A DNA stretch of 64,000 bases, taken from positions 10,726,001-10,790,000 of the forward strand of contig JBHGNT010000011.1 in the NCBI GenBank assembly GCA_043228905.1, given 5' to 3'. Below, piece after piece: positions 34,785-49,041 of this stretch. The translations under genes were made by a program, and so were the position numbers. Under the pieces are notes generated by a model, which was not told the origin of the DNA, made no database searches, and saw only the letters and a list, made by a program, of their open reading frames with translations. The first letter of the stretch is position 1; each line of letters starts with the position of its first letter. The DNA is from Azolla caroliniana. Taxonomy: Eukaryota > Plantae > Polypodiophyta.

Positions 34785-37374
34785 GAATGATAATGACGGA
34801 ACAAGAAGCAAGACCAAGCATCAACAAAACAACAAAACCTGTATGCTATCAAAAACTTTGTATAAACAATAGAAATATTCTTCATGTAGATAGTATACCT
34901 CTAAAATGGGAAAGTTTAATAAATGTGAAGAAAGAACGAGCTCTTTTGGATGATTGTAGTCCAATGTAATTCGATCTTCTGTTTAATATCAAACTTGCAC
35001 AGGGTTGTTTACTGCTTCAATTGTCCTTTGTGAAAGTGATATCTTCCTGCTTACATGTGTATACATAAATATTTATGTATACATGCTTACATGTGTGTGT
35101 GTGTGTGTTTGTTACTGTATGTATGTAGATAATACATCTAAGAAGAAGAAATAATACAAAATCATGCTGCATCTCAGATTATAGTCCGATCTATGTATGT
35201 TAGTATGCATGCATGTGTGTGTGTATATATATGGATGTATGTATTTACCTGAAAAGGAGAAATTTTAGAAAGAAAGAGACATCATGGAAGATTGTGATGC
35301 AATGTACTAGAGCTTATTTAACTATATGCATACACCAAGATTTTTTATTTCTGAACTTTCAGAATTGGGACAGTTCATTCATTGTGATGTAGAACTTTAT
35401 TGTCTCATCATTTGTTTTGAGTTCAATTCTTGGCATGTAACATTGTATTGAAGAACATGCATGCAATTGTACTTTTGCATTGGCAAATAAAAATATCAAG
35501 TGGGTATGTATGTATTTATGTGTGTATGGTAACCCTTCAAATCGCTTATATATATGAGCATAATGACGAGCTTGGCAAGGATTGGTGGAAAATCTTCATG
35601 CCTGGGATTTTGGACTCTCATATGAAGCAGGTTATTTGTTGTTATACATTTTCACACTAGTCCATTTCTAGATGGATAGCATATGTTAAATGTTCACGAA
35701 TTTAATGAGTTCCTTTGCAAAATGTGGATATGTTGTTCCTCTCTGCTTTCTGAACACGTCCCTGTTTGGTTAGGTTTATATTTTGGCATTGTATGGATGA
35801 AGTTAACAATAATTACTTGTCTCCTTAGTTTCAAGGTATGGTTTATGATGCAATTCACTCTCGACAAGATCAAATATACATTTATCAGGGTATTGTCTGG
35901 TATAAATTTTTTATTTGGACAATCCATTATTCAAGACTATGGCAGTTGTGTTCATGTCAGAACACAAGTGGCTTTAGCTAACGCAGAGTACCAACGGGTA
36001 AGTGAGCTTATTGATATTCGTCTGTTGAGTAATGCTGAGGAACAGATCCTTACATCACAAAATATGCATCAATATGATCGAAGAAGTTTGAATACAAAAT
36101 GCAGACTGGAGTAAAAATAAACTGGAATTGGCAGTGTGGAATGTTATTTTTGCTCATTTATTTTCTATTTTCTGTTCCCCTGTGAGTGTTGGTACTCCCT
36201 CTGGAGCTGCTCAATACCCTCCGTCACATGTATACATCGGAGGCCATGAACTTGGAAGGGAATTTGAATGGGTCAGCACACTGGAAAACGTGAGGATTGG
36301 GCCTGGTAATTGTTGAATTCTTCAATCAGTTTATGATGTAGCAGTTAGCCCTCATGTTATTTATTATCAGTTATGTTTGGCTGACTTGGGCCCTACCAAA
36401 ATCCAAGCAAGAGGTGCATTTGGATCGGTTGCTTGATTGTCAATCATCTAAAGGAGTTCTTTTATCATGGCTTGCATCACATGTTTGTATGATTTTATCC
36501 CAATGCTACATCGCTTATAATATTTCAAATGAAGCATAATAATCAGGATGTGCTTATTATGCAGTTATATATTCAGAAGTCTGATACTGCCCGATGGGAT
36601 CACCTTGCAGAAACCATGAGAAAATTAGGCTTCAAACATAGATTTGCAAATTTGCATACCATTCTATCAAGATAACAAAATTTTATTGTTGGGGAACTGA
36701 TCCCTGTTTTCTCGGGAAACTAGTCCTATGAACCCAAACTTGTTATTTCCTTGCTTTGGCATGCTCAGGTAATATAGTGTATGGAAAGAGCATGAAAGAG
36801 AAGATTAATGTTTGCAGACCTTCGTCATATCATAAGCACCTAACACAAGCACAAAGTAAAGAGTGCTAGGATAAAATCAATAATAATGGACAGGGAGCTC
36901 TATCACATCCAAACAAAGAACATAGAACACATGAAGAGAATCCCCACATTGAGAAGTATAAATTCTAAGAAAAATAAATAATCTTGGAGGGTCATCGTTG
37001 AGATTATATTTAAATGGGTTTCAAGTGCATACTTTTATGTATACTTTCTGATAAATATAATGACATCTTAGGATTGCAGATGAAGAATAAGGCTCTGCTT
37101 TAGCATTTACCAATTTAAGACCCTTTACATAAAAACAGATTCATTATTTGGTAGAAGAGCAAACGCCCTTTTGGCATGCAATGCAAAAAGGGATATAGTT
37201 TCTCTAATAAAGGAGCAAAAAGGGATATAGTTTCAACCAAAAATGGATAAAGTTTCAATATTAAAATAAAAGGAGTTTGTGTAAATTTGTTGTCTCATGT
37301 AATGTTTGAACTAGTTGTGAGTGTGGTCACAATGGCCCAATGCACAGTTGAAAACTTAGAATGACATAACTAGT

Positions 37375-37848
37375 TGTTAAGAGTCTATTACTAATCAATA
37401 AACTAAAGTAAAGTAAAACAAGGTAAATAAATTGGATAGAAGAACCCGTTCCACTTGACCACCCACGAGCTATGATCTAGACATAGCCAACCTACCACCA
37501 ACGTCCCATACCGTTGGATATTAGGATAACTAATACCTTGGAAGAGATTAACACGATCATCGTGATAAAAGCCTAGTCCGCACCACCGATGTCTAAGACA
37601 ACGACTTTCTGACGTAATGTGCTTGTGAGGGGTAGCTAAGCCTCATATTTATAGCTCTTCCTAGGCCCCTTGAATAGATGTGCATTTCTAAAAGACTCTC
37701 CATTCATTGGTTGTTCAAATCATGGTAGTGCATGCACCATCATTCCTTCTAACCAATTACATTAGTTCCTTTTTAACATTAGTGAACATACCCTTCACTT
37801 ATGTAAATATTCGTGACCTACCCTCACCTATGTTATGTGTACATAACA
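37375..37848 (-). mobile_element. Solo LTR
   Basis: TGTTA...TAACA termini; flanks CTAGT/CTAGG; reverse-complement homolog of 38934-39405. Confidence 0.75.
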
Positions 37849-38933
37849 CTAGGGCACCCAAACAATAGCTAACAAGAAGAGGAAACAAAAGCCTCAACAT
37901 TATAGGATATGCTCTAAATATACCATGTCCATACTTGATTCCTAACTTATCAATGTTAAATTACCTCCCAAAAAAAGACAAAATTCAGCCAAACACAATA
38001 TTAACATGCCAATTAATGGCCCATCCAAACCCTCATGTAGAAATAAACAAAATACCAACTATGCTCACCTCCTTCATTGCACATATCGAAGATAAGAAAA
38101 ACAATTGCCATGAATTTGATTAAAACAAGAGTAAGGGATGTCCTCTTCTTCGATAACCCTCATGACATATGGTATGTATGAATGAGGGGAAGGCTGAAAT
38201 AGACTTTACTTGTTGCGAGGAGAAAACTCTCAGAACTCTAGAAGTTAATGTGGCATTTCTACAACAAAATCCTACAACTGAAGGCGTCATTGCTAGTAAA
38301 AGAAGTATGTATGATTGTAAGGTTTGCCATGAAAGATAAAACACACCTTGAATTAATCTTGGCTAGGCCGGTGTTGATTTTTTATAAGAAGCCTGAATGT
38401 TACAGCCTTCACCATGGCATGATGTACTTTGATGAGTACAAGGTGACATCCTGACTTAACAAAAGGAACCTGTAGTAGTAATCCCACATATAGTAGTTTC
38501 TAGAATCACAAGGAGTAGATGCATGGGCAATTACACCCTTCAAAGTAGATGATACCAATTTCATACTCGTAAAGGTAAATAGTGTCTCCACTATTGCCAT
38601 ACTTGATATTGGATAGGATTTTGTATTATAAGTTAAAATTTTGGGTAGAACTAGGGTAGTCCCAAGATGGTCGAAGAAAACATAAAACCCTACAAGCCAA
38701 TGGCTCTATCCAATGCCCTAAGGGCATCATAATATCGTGAACATCACATCAATTACCACCTCATTTGTGTAGTCATTAGATAATCCAATCAAGTCGCCTA
38801 TGAGAATCATGTCCTCTAAGATAACCTTTCCTTCTCGTACGTTGCCTTGTGATGGGATTTGAGAAGATTGTCCTCTACATGAAAAAAAAACTAAGACTCA
38901 TTGATTGCAAGCGTACACTTAGTAGGTACATGA

Positions 38934-39418
38934 CGTTACACACACATAACGTAGAGGAGGGTAGGTCACTAATATTTACATAAATGAAATGTATGTTCAC
39001 TAGTGTTAGAAAGGAACTAATTTGATTAGCTAGAAGGAACGATAGGTGCGTGCGCTATCATGATCTTGATATCCAATGAATTGAGGGTCTTTAACACATC
39101 ATCCACTCAAGGGCCCTAAGAAGAAGTATAAATATAATGCCCAACTACCCTTATAAAGGACATTACATTGGAAAGATGACGTCTTAAGAAAATGGTGGTG
39201 TAGGCTAGGCTTTCATCGTGATGATCGTGTTACCTCTTCCAACGTATTAGTCATCCTAATATCCGTCAGTATGGGATGTCATTGGTAGGCTGACTATGTC
39301 TTGATACATAGATGGGGGTAGGTCGAGTAGAATGGGCTCTTCTACCAATCTATTTACCTTTATTTAACTTTAATCGGTTTATTAATTAGTAATAGACTCT
39401 TAACAGTGGTATCAAAGC
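38934..39418 (+). mobile_element. LTR followed by tRNA-iMet PBS; internal region not recognisable
   Basis: Ends GACTCTTAACA at 39405, then TGGTATCAAAGC (39407-39418). Confidence 0.75.
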
Positions 39419-40746
39419 ATTTCCTAACAATTGTTTTGATGTTTTGGTGTGAGCAATGGGGATTTAATATGGCTTGCCATGCTCTTCTCAAGATCAAAAC
39501 AATATTTCAAACCCAATATTTTTCTTTCTCGATCTCTCTTTTTTCCTATGATGTCTCATACTTGGTTGAATAAAATTTTGTATTATGATTTCTTTTCTTT
39601 CTTTCTTCTTTAAGTTTGCATGACATATTTTATAGTGTGAGATGGTATCAATGATAATAACTATCATTGTGCATGCGGTCGAGCATGTTTGCACTGATTG
39701 CACACGCTCAACTCATTACCCTTTTGCATATTGTGTTGTTTATACCACTCTTCCCGTGGTACCGTCGTACCACGCGAAAAGGGGAGGAAAGAGAGAGACG
39801 GTGGTGGTCTTGATGAGGTACATGTCTATGACCCTAGGGCATGATAATGTTTCACACACACCTATTCAATTTGTCATCCCAATTTCTTAAGATTTTCTTG
39901 TAATTTCCATCTACCCACCCACACATAACTCTCTTTGTTACTCTTAATTTTCATGTTTAACTCTACACTATTCACATTCATTTACTTATGGTGTAACGAT
40001 TCCATGTAGACTATTTTTTAGTATTGAATGGGCATCATGTCGCTTTTTGGGCACTTTAACCGAATTGTCATCTTGGTTAAGTCATGTATAATCAAGCCTA
40101 AAGTCGAGCTTGCCCAAAAAACACATGCACTTACCCAAGCCACCACCATGACCCAAGCTCTCCAACAGGAAGTCGCCACACTTAAATTTGAATGTGAGGC
40201 CCTCCTACACCAAATCACAGATGCTAACCAACGCGTTAATTGCGTAATCGCAAATTCCCGCAAAAGATGCACCCAACTCGAAAAGGAGGCTGATCAATTA
40301 CGCATAGCCAAGGCAACTTTGGAGCATGCTATGCTAACGCCCAACTCAGGCACCTTGTCTACTCGCGTTATCGTGACATGGAGTGCTGAAGGTGGTAAAC
40401 ATGGGTGAAAATGGGACTAGAGATAGAGTGAAGGCGTGAGAGAGAGAGAGAGAAGAAAAAAGAAAGAGTGGAGAGGGGAAGAAGAAGAAGCGAATTTGTT
40501 TTTGTTGCTATGCTCTCTATCGACAATGGAATGTGGCCTAAAGACAAGCATTAGAAAGCCCTCGATTATAGCTACATAAAGACATATAGCAAGTTTAATT
40601 TGGTATTCTGTATGGGAAACAACAATAGAAATTAAGAATCATGTGTTGTTGGCATACCCATATTCAACATGCATTATGTGTTGTTGATCTCTTCAATCGG
40701 GTGAGTTTTGGGTTTCTCTCTTCAAGGAAAATTATTTTTATCCCGG

Positions 40747-41561
40747 TGTCGTGGAGGATTCCAGCCATAGGGAGAAAAGGATCCGGATGCGTGTGAACAA
40801 GGGTGTGCACATCACACGAAACCGTTTTGATGTATTAATATGTGTAAATAGTATAGTGGTAGCTTAAGTGTTGATGAATACTAAGTAGGAGTGATTCGAT
40901 AAGTACTCTATGACCACACGAGTAGAGAAATAAAGGGGATAGATGAGAGGAAATCGAGGGGAGAATCAGGATAGAAAAATGATTGTCTTAATAGCCTGAT
41001 GTAAGGGTCTCTCTCTTTTTGAGCTATAAAAGGAGAGAGCCGGGAATTCTCGGTCGGCATGTTGGAGTGTTGGAGCCAAACCTTAGCCGGACTGAGCTCT
41101 GCAGATTTCCGTTTCCACCATTCTCTGTTTCTGTCTCTATCGTTACACTATGAGGCCTCTATTTTGCGTTGGTAGCTCGTGTGCTCCTGATTGGAGGCTC
41201 ACTAGCGTCTGCGTGTGTGGGTGTGAGGGGTTTGTGGCTCTGTTGCCGACCGAGTCCAGTTGTATTTCTTTATTCCTATTTAATTGATCATTTGTTGTAT
41301 CTAGATTCTTTTGTGTCATGGTGTCTCTCTGTTTCTATTCACATTCTCACCTCCGTTCCCTTTTCGTCCCGAGCATACCTGAGTCTTTGAGCCCGTATGC
41401 TCATTTTCTTTTTTCCAGTCGTTGGTTCGAGAAAGCATACAAATCCGAGCCCATGTGCTCACCGTCCGGTATTTGGTGACCAGTTCGGATTGGTAGCGTG
41501 TAGTGTGTTGACGAAGATATCTGTAAACCGATCCGGATAATCCCTCACCTCTTTATTGGCT
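40747..41561 (+). mobile_element. LTR F of the TGTCGT (tRNA-Trp) clade, 3' end missing
   Basis: TGTCGTGG start similar to the D LTR start; TATAAAAGG near 41025; preceded by CCGG. Confidence 0.7.
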
Positions 41562-41565
41562 CCGG

Positions 41566-44500
41566 TGTTGGGAAGATTCGCGTGTGCATGTGATGCTAGG
41601 CGGGACTGCGGGGGCCTCAAACGAAGGAGCGTAAAAGAAGAAGAATGAGAAGGAGAATAAGAATCGGAGTGCAATGGACGTCGACAGCCAGAGCATTGGA
41701 CCGAGGGATAGCACTGGACACAACCAGCTCAATCGGGAATAGAGTAACACAGCGAGGGATATCGACAAACAGTTAGAATCGATCAGATTACAACCGGCTC
41801 AGCCGGGAGCTAAGCTACAAGCTCAGCGAACAACACACACGCCCGCACACCGAGATACAACGAGGAGCGTCTATCAGGAGCACATGGGCTTCCTACGCGA
41901 GCAGAGGCATCCGGCCGAATAGAACGTCAACAGAGGATACAAAGATAGAGCGCGAGTGCTCGATTCCCCAAACCAACAACACTTCGTTCTCTCTCCCAAA
42001 ATGCGACCCCCTTTCAGACCCCCCCCTTTCAGACCCCCCCCTTCCTCCTTTTATAGGCCAGGGAGGGGAGGGTTGTTCCATCTTGCATTTATTCTCTACC
42101 CACTCGGACAGAGATTCAATTAGATTTCCTTACTATTTAATTTGTCCTATCTATATGTTTTACATCACGTCGTCCTAGCCTAGTCCCAGGTTATTTACAA
42201 GTATATATTACAATTCTCGTGCATCTGTGCACCCAGCTGTTCACGCTCCTCCAATCCCCGTTTCTCCTTGTAGCTGGTTTTCCCCACGACATCCACCCCC
42301 ACGAAACCGCACATTCACTGGTATGTGCCGAGGAAGAGAAGTGCAAAATCCGGCCATTCGATCACTCTTCGTCGTCATGTCCATCAACCTCCTGATCCTT
42401 GTCTGGTTCCACCAGTTCGCTGTCCTCGCCTCCGAACTCTGGGTCTGGTTCCGCTTCCTGCCGCTTCTTGAAGGCCTTTATCCACTTCCCCGCAACCGGC
42501 ACTGCTATCCTCGTTCCGTCGAGCTCTGCAAGGTGGTATGTGGCATTGTTATTCACGCTCATCACCACGTAAGGCCCGAATTACCTCCGCGCAAATTTTC
42601 GCGTAGCCTTGTGTTGGTTGTCGTGGCTGCTGTCATAAACCAGCATCCAATTGCCTTCCTCGATCTTCGTCAGTCTCAATCAGTGCGCCCGGTCGAACCA
42701 ATCCTTGTTCCTTTCTCGTGCCGCATACAATTTCGCTTTCGCCCATTCCACGTCCTTCGGCCTCCGCTCTTGCTGGCGAATCCTCGCTGCTAGTAGCTCA
42801 TCTCGTCCGTCCAATCGATTGCCGCCCACGATGAAATCGTCCTCTCCACCGACATGATCGGCTTTTGCCCGTACAAGAGATCTACTGGCATGTACCCAGT
42901 CACCGAACTGTGCGTAGTCTGGTCCGCCCATAACGTGTAAGGCGGGAGTCATGGCCAATTCCCGACTTGTCCTTCGCATGCCCGTACCAACGCCTTCATT
43001 ATTGGCCCATGTCTGTGTTCCACCTTTCCATTCGCCTTGGATTGTATGCCATAGTGAGAGAGAGCTTAACCCCTAACCGGCCAAACAGTTCTTCTGCTTC
43101 TTGTGCATCCAGCTCTCCTCGATCGGCCACCTCGTACTGGTAAACCACCTCTTCGATTAGAAACCTACATATGGCCGCGACCGTCTTGTTCCGCAACGCC
43201 CGGCCTTCCACCTGGTTTGTTAGATCTTCTCGCGCTAGCACCAGATATCGCATTTTCCCCACCCCCATTGACATCGTCACTAAATCCACCAACCATTTGA
43301 AGTGGACGGTCGGAGGGTAGGCCGGGTGCAATTCGTTTCTATGCTGGACCGCGGAATGCATTTGACAGCTCTCACAAGTTGTCACAAATTGGTGTGCGTC
43401 ATGGTACATCCCCGACCACCAATATTTCTCCTTTAGCTTCTCAAACGTGGCCCATGTTCCATAGTGTCTGGACCAAGGGCTCTCATGGTACTCCGACAAT
43501 AGCGCCATCTGTTCTCCCCTTCTTATCACTACACGGAGCGGAATGCCGTTACGCTTCTTCGGGTGCCTCCATATACTCCCATTCCGCAAGAAGAAACGAT
43601 ACGCCTTCTTCCGGATCCGGTTCGCTTCGTCTTTTGTCCATGCCGCGTCCGATGTCAATGTCCTCAAGAATCTACCGATCCGGAACCACTCCCCATCGTA
43701 CTCATTCTCGTTAAACTCGTTTAGTGCCGGGGTGCTCCCCTCCTTGGCCGTCACTTGAGCCGACTCGAAGAAGTCTACGCCAACTTCTTCGTCTTCCGAT
43801 ACCATGTCGTCCTCATCGTCAAACCGCGCTCTCAAAAGCATATCGACCATGGCGTTGTCTTTCCTGAAGATGTGTCGTATCTCCATATTCAGGGACTTAA
43901 TATACGCGATGCACCTAAGGATAGCCAGGTCCGGAGTCACGCATCTGGAAACCATACCGAGAATTGGTAGGGAGTACGTCTCGATTATTACCTCTGTCCC
44001 GATCAAGTAATCCTTATCGGCCTTGACCGCCGAAATGATACCCAGAATTTGCGCTTAACCTGGGCATATCCTCACTGTTGCTCACTCAATACTTTCGCTC
44101 CGAATCGGATGGGGAACCTCGTGCCGTCAGCGTCTTCCAGATTGACCACCCATCCGATTCCGGTCAGGCTCGTGTTCACCGTCACGTAAATCGGGGTGCC
44201 CTTCCCGTAAACCGCCTTCCGGAGAGCTGGTGCTACAGCCAGTGCTTCCTTTAGCCTCTGGACCGATTCCGCGTGCTCTTCTTTCCATACGAACTTATGA
44301 CCCTTCTTTAGCAGTCCGTAAAGCGGTTCCACGACGTGCATGTAATGCGGGATCCAAATGTGATAGAACGTGCACGCTCCCAGAAATCTCCAAACCTCCA
44401 TGACCGACTTGCATTCTCCCTTCATCGCGGAGATGGCTTCTACCTTCGTCGGAGACGATTTTCGGTTGTGTGGTCCGCACAAGTGCCCGACTACTAAGAT

Positions 44501-45120
44501 TTTGAATTGCCCGAAATCCGACTTCTCCCCGGAGAAGGTAAGTCAAGTGCCCTCCAGCCTCTGCAATATCTTCTCACAGTAAGAGATGTGATCCGCAACG
44601 AACTTTTGACATCCGTCCGGTCCAACCGATTCGTCCTTTGCTTCCATCGGACATCCCTTGATCAGGATGTCGTCCAAGAATGGCATGGTGATGTCCAGGA
44701 TGCAGTCCCTTAGCACTTTGTTCATTGCTTTCACCATATGTGCCACCAAATTGGTCCCTCCTTGCGGCTGGGTACACATCCGTACTAAGCCGAGAAGGGT
44801 TTGCATTGTCTTGATATCCCTACTCTCCACGGCTAGCTAGAACTGGTCGTATCCCGAGTATAAGTTGCCAACCAAGTAGATCGACCTTCCAGCAAAGGGC
44901 TCCGTGAACTCATCAATAGTTGGCCTGATTCATGCGTTCCGAATGGTCACCTTATTGACTGGTTGCAGGTCCTAAAAGAAGCACAACGTGCCATTCTTCT
45001 TCATCTCCGTGAACCACCGATTCGAATACGGAGCACTCGATGGCTCGAGAATACCCATCTCTACCTTCTACTTTAATAGCTCCATCAACCTCGGGATGTG
45101 AGCTCTCGGAACCGGAATCA
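41566..45120 (-). mobile_element. Decayed Gypsy D (E family): RT, RH, IN, PPT and 3' LTR (41566-42291); 5' half lost
   Basis: Colinear with E (MPFLDD, WATFEKLK, LTNQVEGRAL); PPT GGGGGTGGA next to TGTCGTGGGG at 42291. Confidence 0.88.
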
Positions 45121-48100
45121 GTCTTTGACAATATCAGACCAGGTCTTGGTCTTGGTCTTATCTCCCCCTGATTCGGCTATTTTCAGCTCCTCTGTGTGGT
45201 TACCGCCCCTGCTTCCTTCTTTGGCTTTTTCAGCGCTTGAAATCGAATTCTTCATCCGACTCCGCATCACGGTCAATTCCACCGCGATGATCACCTCCGC
45301 TCCTTTCACTCTCTTGTTCCTGTCTCCCCCTCAAGTTCGGCGTGTCGAGGTGATGCAAACCCAACTCACCTGAGAAATGTTGTAACGTGTCTAGACCAAG
45401 AGGTTTGGTGAAGTTGTCGGCAACCTACCGATCCATCGGAACATATGCTAGTTCGATTTCACCGGAAAGGACTTGCTCACGGACAAAATGGTAGTGCACC
45501 TCAATGTGCTTGGTCCGGGCGTGTAGTACGGGGTTTTTCGAAAGGTGGATACTGTTGAGTTGTCGCAATAGATCATCGTCGGATCAGACACCTCCACATG
45601 CAGATCTCGTAACAGTCATTTCAGCCAAATGACTTCGCACGTAGCGACAATCACCCCTCGATATTCGGCCTCTGTGCTCGACAGTGCTACTATCGGCTAC
45701 TTCTTACTACTCCACACGATTGCCGCACTTCCTAATGAGAAGGCATATCCGGATATGGATCTACGATCATTGGTGTTTTCGGCCCAATCGGCATCCGTGT
45801 AGCCAACTAACTGCTCGGCTACGCCTCCCCGATACAACAACGCCATGTCTTTCGTGCCGCTAACATATTGCAATATCCTTTGTGTGCACTGAAGGTGTTT
45901 GAGTGTAGGCTGTGACATGAATTGACTGATCAGTCCGATCGGGTAACTGAGGTCCGACCGAGTAATCGTCAAATAGATGAGGCTTCCGACAATCTGTCGG
46001 AACCATGTCGGGTCACACGCCTTTCTTGAATCTTGGCGAACCTTGGCGTTTCTATCCAGAGGGGTCGAGATGGGTTTACAGTGTGCCATCCCGAACTTGA
46101 AGAGCATATTCAACACGTAATGACGATGGCTGATCAATATGCCTTCGGGGGTGCGGATCACTTCAATCTCGAGGAAGTAATGAAGGTCTCCAAGATCCTT
46201 CATTTCAAATGATGCCGCAAGCTGAGACTTTACACGACGGATTTTGTCCAAGTCGGCACTGGCGATGACTAAATCATCACCATACAGTAGAAGACTAACC
46301 GGTCCATGTTGACCTTGCTGAACAAATAGTGAAGAGTCTGATTTCGACATCGTAAACCCCATCTTACGTAGCCGTTGCGTAATCTTTGCATTCTAGACTC
46401 GCGAGGCTTGCTTAAGTCCGTAAAGTGACTTCTTCAGTCGGCAAATTGCCGAAGAGTTTCATTCGGATAGAAAACCGGGGGGTTGTACCATGTACACTTG
46501 TTCCTCAAGATCACCCTGCAGGAACACGTTCTTTACATCCATTTGATGTAAGTGCCACCCCTTCGCTACCGCGACGGCTAGCAGAACTCGCATGGTAGTC
46601 ATCTTCGCAACTGGCATGAAGGTCTCGTCGTAATCTATGTCGTGCTTCTATGCGTAGCCTTTTGCAACTAAACAAGCCTTATAGCGGTTGATAAAGTGTC
46701 AGTGTTGTACTTGACCTTGTAGACCCACCTGCGTCCGATCGGCTTCACACCCTTCGGTGCGTCAACCAGGTCTCAAGTCTCATTATCAATTAAAGGGCGC
46801 ATCTCTTGCTCCATTGCGGCACGCCAATTTGCATCTTTCGCGGCTTCTGCGTAGCTCTCTGGCTCATGCATTTCTGCCACTCGCGTCATGTATGCATAAT
46901 GATGTGCCATGTACTCATTATACCCGTACCTCTTTACCGGGTTCTTCTGGCGGGTAGATCAACGTAATTCGTGATTACCTGATTTCACAGCCTTTTCAGC
47001 CGATTTCGACCTCTTCCATGGAGGTTCCTTCTCAATTGGCTTGAAGTCAGATACACTACGATCTGATTCGTCACTATTGAAGTTGTACTCCAACATCTTT
47101 TTCTTCCCCTTCTCCTTGCGTGTAAACCGTCTCCTCGGTTCCTTACGTGGGGATACTATGGCCGAATCTCCACTACTCACCGTCTCTTCAATAGGTTGGC
47201 CATCTTGGCCCAACCCCTCATTCGGCCCACTTAGCCGAAATGAGATCGGACTCTCTTCCAAAGCTCCAATTTCTTCATCACGCGGAGGCATCTCGGCCTC
47301 GTTGACCTCTTCTTCAAAATTCAGAATGGAGTCGAGAGGTGTTAGAGGTGAGGGCAAGTACCACAAAGTGGACTCGTCGAACACGATATCTCGACTTACG
47401 CAGACTTCCTTTTGTTCAGGGCCCGGAAATTTCGGTAAGCCGAAAACAATATTCTTCGACTGCATTTCACAAAGCTGCGGGAAGTTAATATGGCTGAACC
47501 ACTTATGCCACAGGTCGATGTCCGACTCGACCTTCTGCCCTTTTGCGAACAGCGCGGTTCCGGCTTGATTAGTGTCGAGGATAAACATCCTCCCTTCATG
47601 GCGCCCTTAGGCGATTATCTTGCCTTCCTCTTCTATGAAGCAGCTGAGATGCGTGAATCGAACTTGCATACTTTGGTCGACAATCTGTCCGACCGACACA
47701 AGGTTCTTGGTTATTGTCGGGACGTGCAACACGTTCATGAGCTTCCCTTTCTGCCCGACGTGGCTGAGGGGAACTTCACCGACATGTTCGATGGTATGCG
47801 GAGTGTCGTCTCCGGTTTTGATCACTCCTTGCTTTTCCGGCTTCTCCAAGTACGAGAACCATTCCTCGTGACTCGTCATATGATTTGACGCTCAAGAATC
47901 AACATACCACACCTCGCTCTATTTCGAGGTCTTCACGGCCATCGAATTGGCCTTGTACTTCATTATGAAGGCGGGGCCCGATCCATTTCCGGCTCGTTCG
48001 GAGCCCTCAGCGTAGTGGGACTTTTGACGCCTTCCTGCGTCTCTCCCACTCGGTCCGACTTTTTTCGAATCAGCTTGTTTCTTTTGGCACTCGCTCTCCC

Positions 48101-49041
48101 TGTGGCCTTTCTTCCCATAGTACCAGCATTCTGTTGTGGCCTTATCTTGCCGACTTTCGGCGCCGCTATGACTCCCCCTGCTTCAGGAGGGTTTGGAATT
48201 GCTTCCGGCATTTCGATTATGCCGTACGTTCTGCTCTTTTCGGCCGCTTCCATTACGTGCTGATCCGCCTCGTCCACCACGACCACATGACCTATCTTCC
48301 TCAGTGTATAGCATCTTGCCATCGGCGTGCGTACTCGTTGACGCACCCGCATGGTTTTCCTCCACGAGCAACATTGACTAAAGCTCGAAGAACGAAGGTG
48401 TATTCTCCCTCGTACAAACCTCCGTTCAGAACGCTCCGAACTTTGACGCTAGCCCACCAAGACAAACCTGCACCATTTCATCTTCCTCAACGTTCACGTT
48501 GACGAAGGCGAGAGAATCTTAGATTTCCTTGATTCGGGCCATGTAATCGGCCACAAACAGATCTTTCTGTCGGACATTGTTGAGCTCTTGTCTGAGTTGC
48601 AGCTTCTTGGCCGTTGTGCTAGCGGCGAAAATCTTCCTGAGATTCGCCCACGCGTCCTTTGGCATCTTGCCATCCTGAATATAGCTCAATAGTTGGTCGC
48701 TCACACAGGACGCAAAGCAGTAGAGAACTCTACTTACCGCTTGTTCCCAAGCCGAAAAATCCCTGTGTGTCGATTCGGGTGTTGTATCATTAGCTCCTTC
48801 GACATAACTCTAGTAGCCATGACCAAGCAGGTACTGGTGCATCTTGTACGACCAAGATGCGTAGTTGCTCCTGTCGATCTTCTCAATCGGAAGTGAGCTT
48901 TCCATTCCTCTGTCCATGTCACTGTCTTGTCTTTTCCGAAATCAAGAAGAATAAACTCAAACCTGTCTTTGTCGCAAGCTTTTCTGTCGACTGTAGAGGA
49001 GTCTCAACCCTCGCGCTCTAATACCATGTAAAAGAATACGT

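Noticed and set aside
35400-36550. Additional coding exons downstream of the BTB gene
   Set aside because: ORFs are AT-rich and motif-free; isolated splice-like sites could be UTR introns but are unsupported.
37849-38933. Possible LINE endonuclease remnant, or a MITE body between the inverted LTRs
   Set aside because: No convincing motifs; the flanking repeats are better explained as LTRs because one has a PBS.
40028-40408. 126-aa coiled-coil ORF
   Set aside because: No recognisable domain or gene structure; may be an element remnant but cannot be supported.
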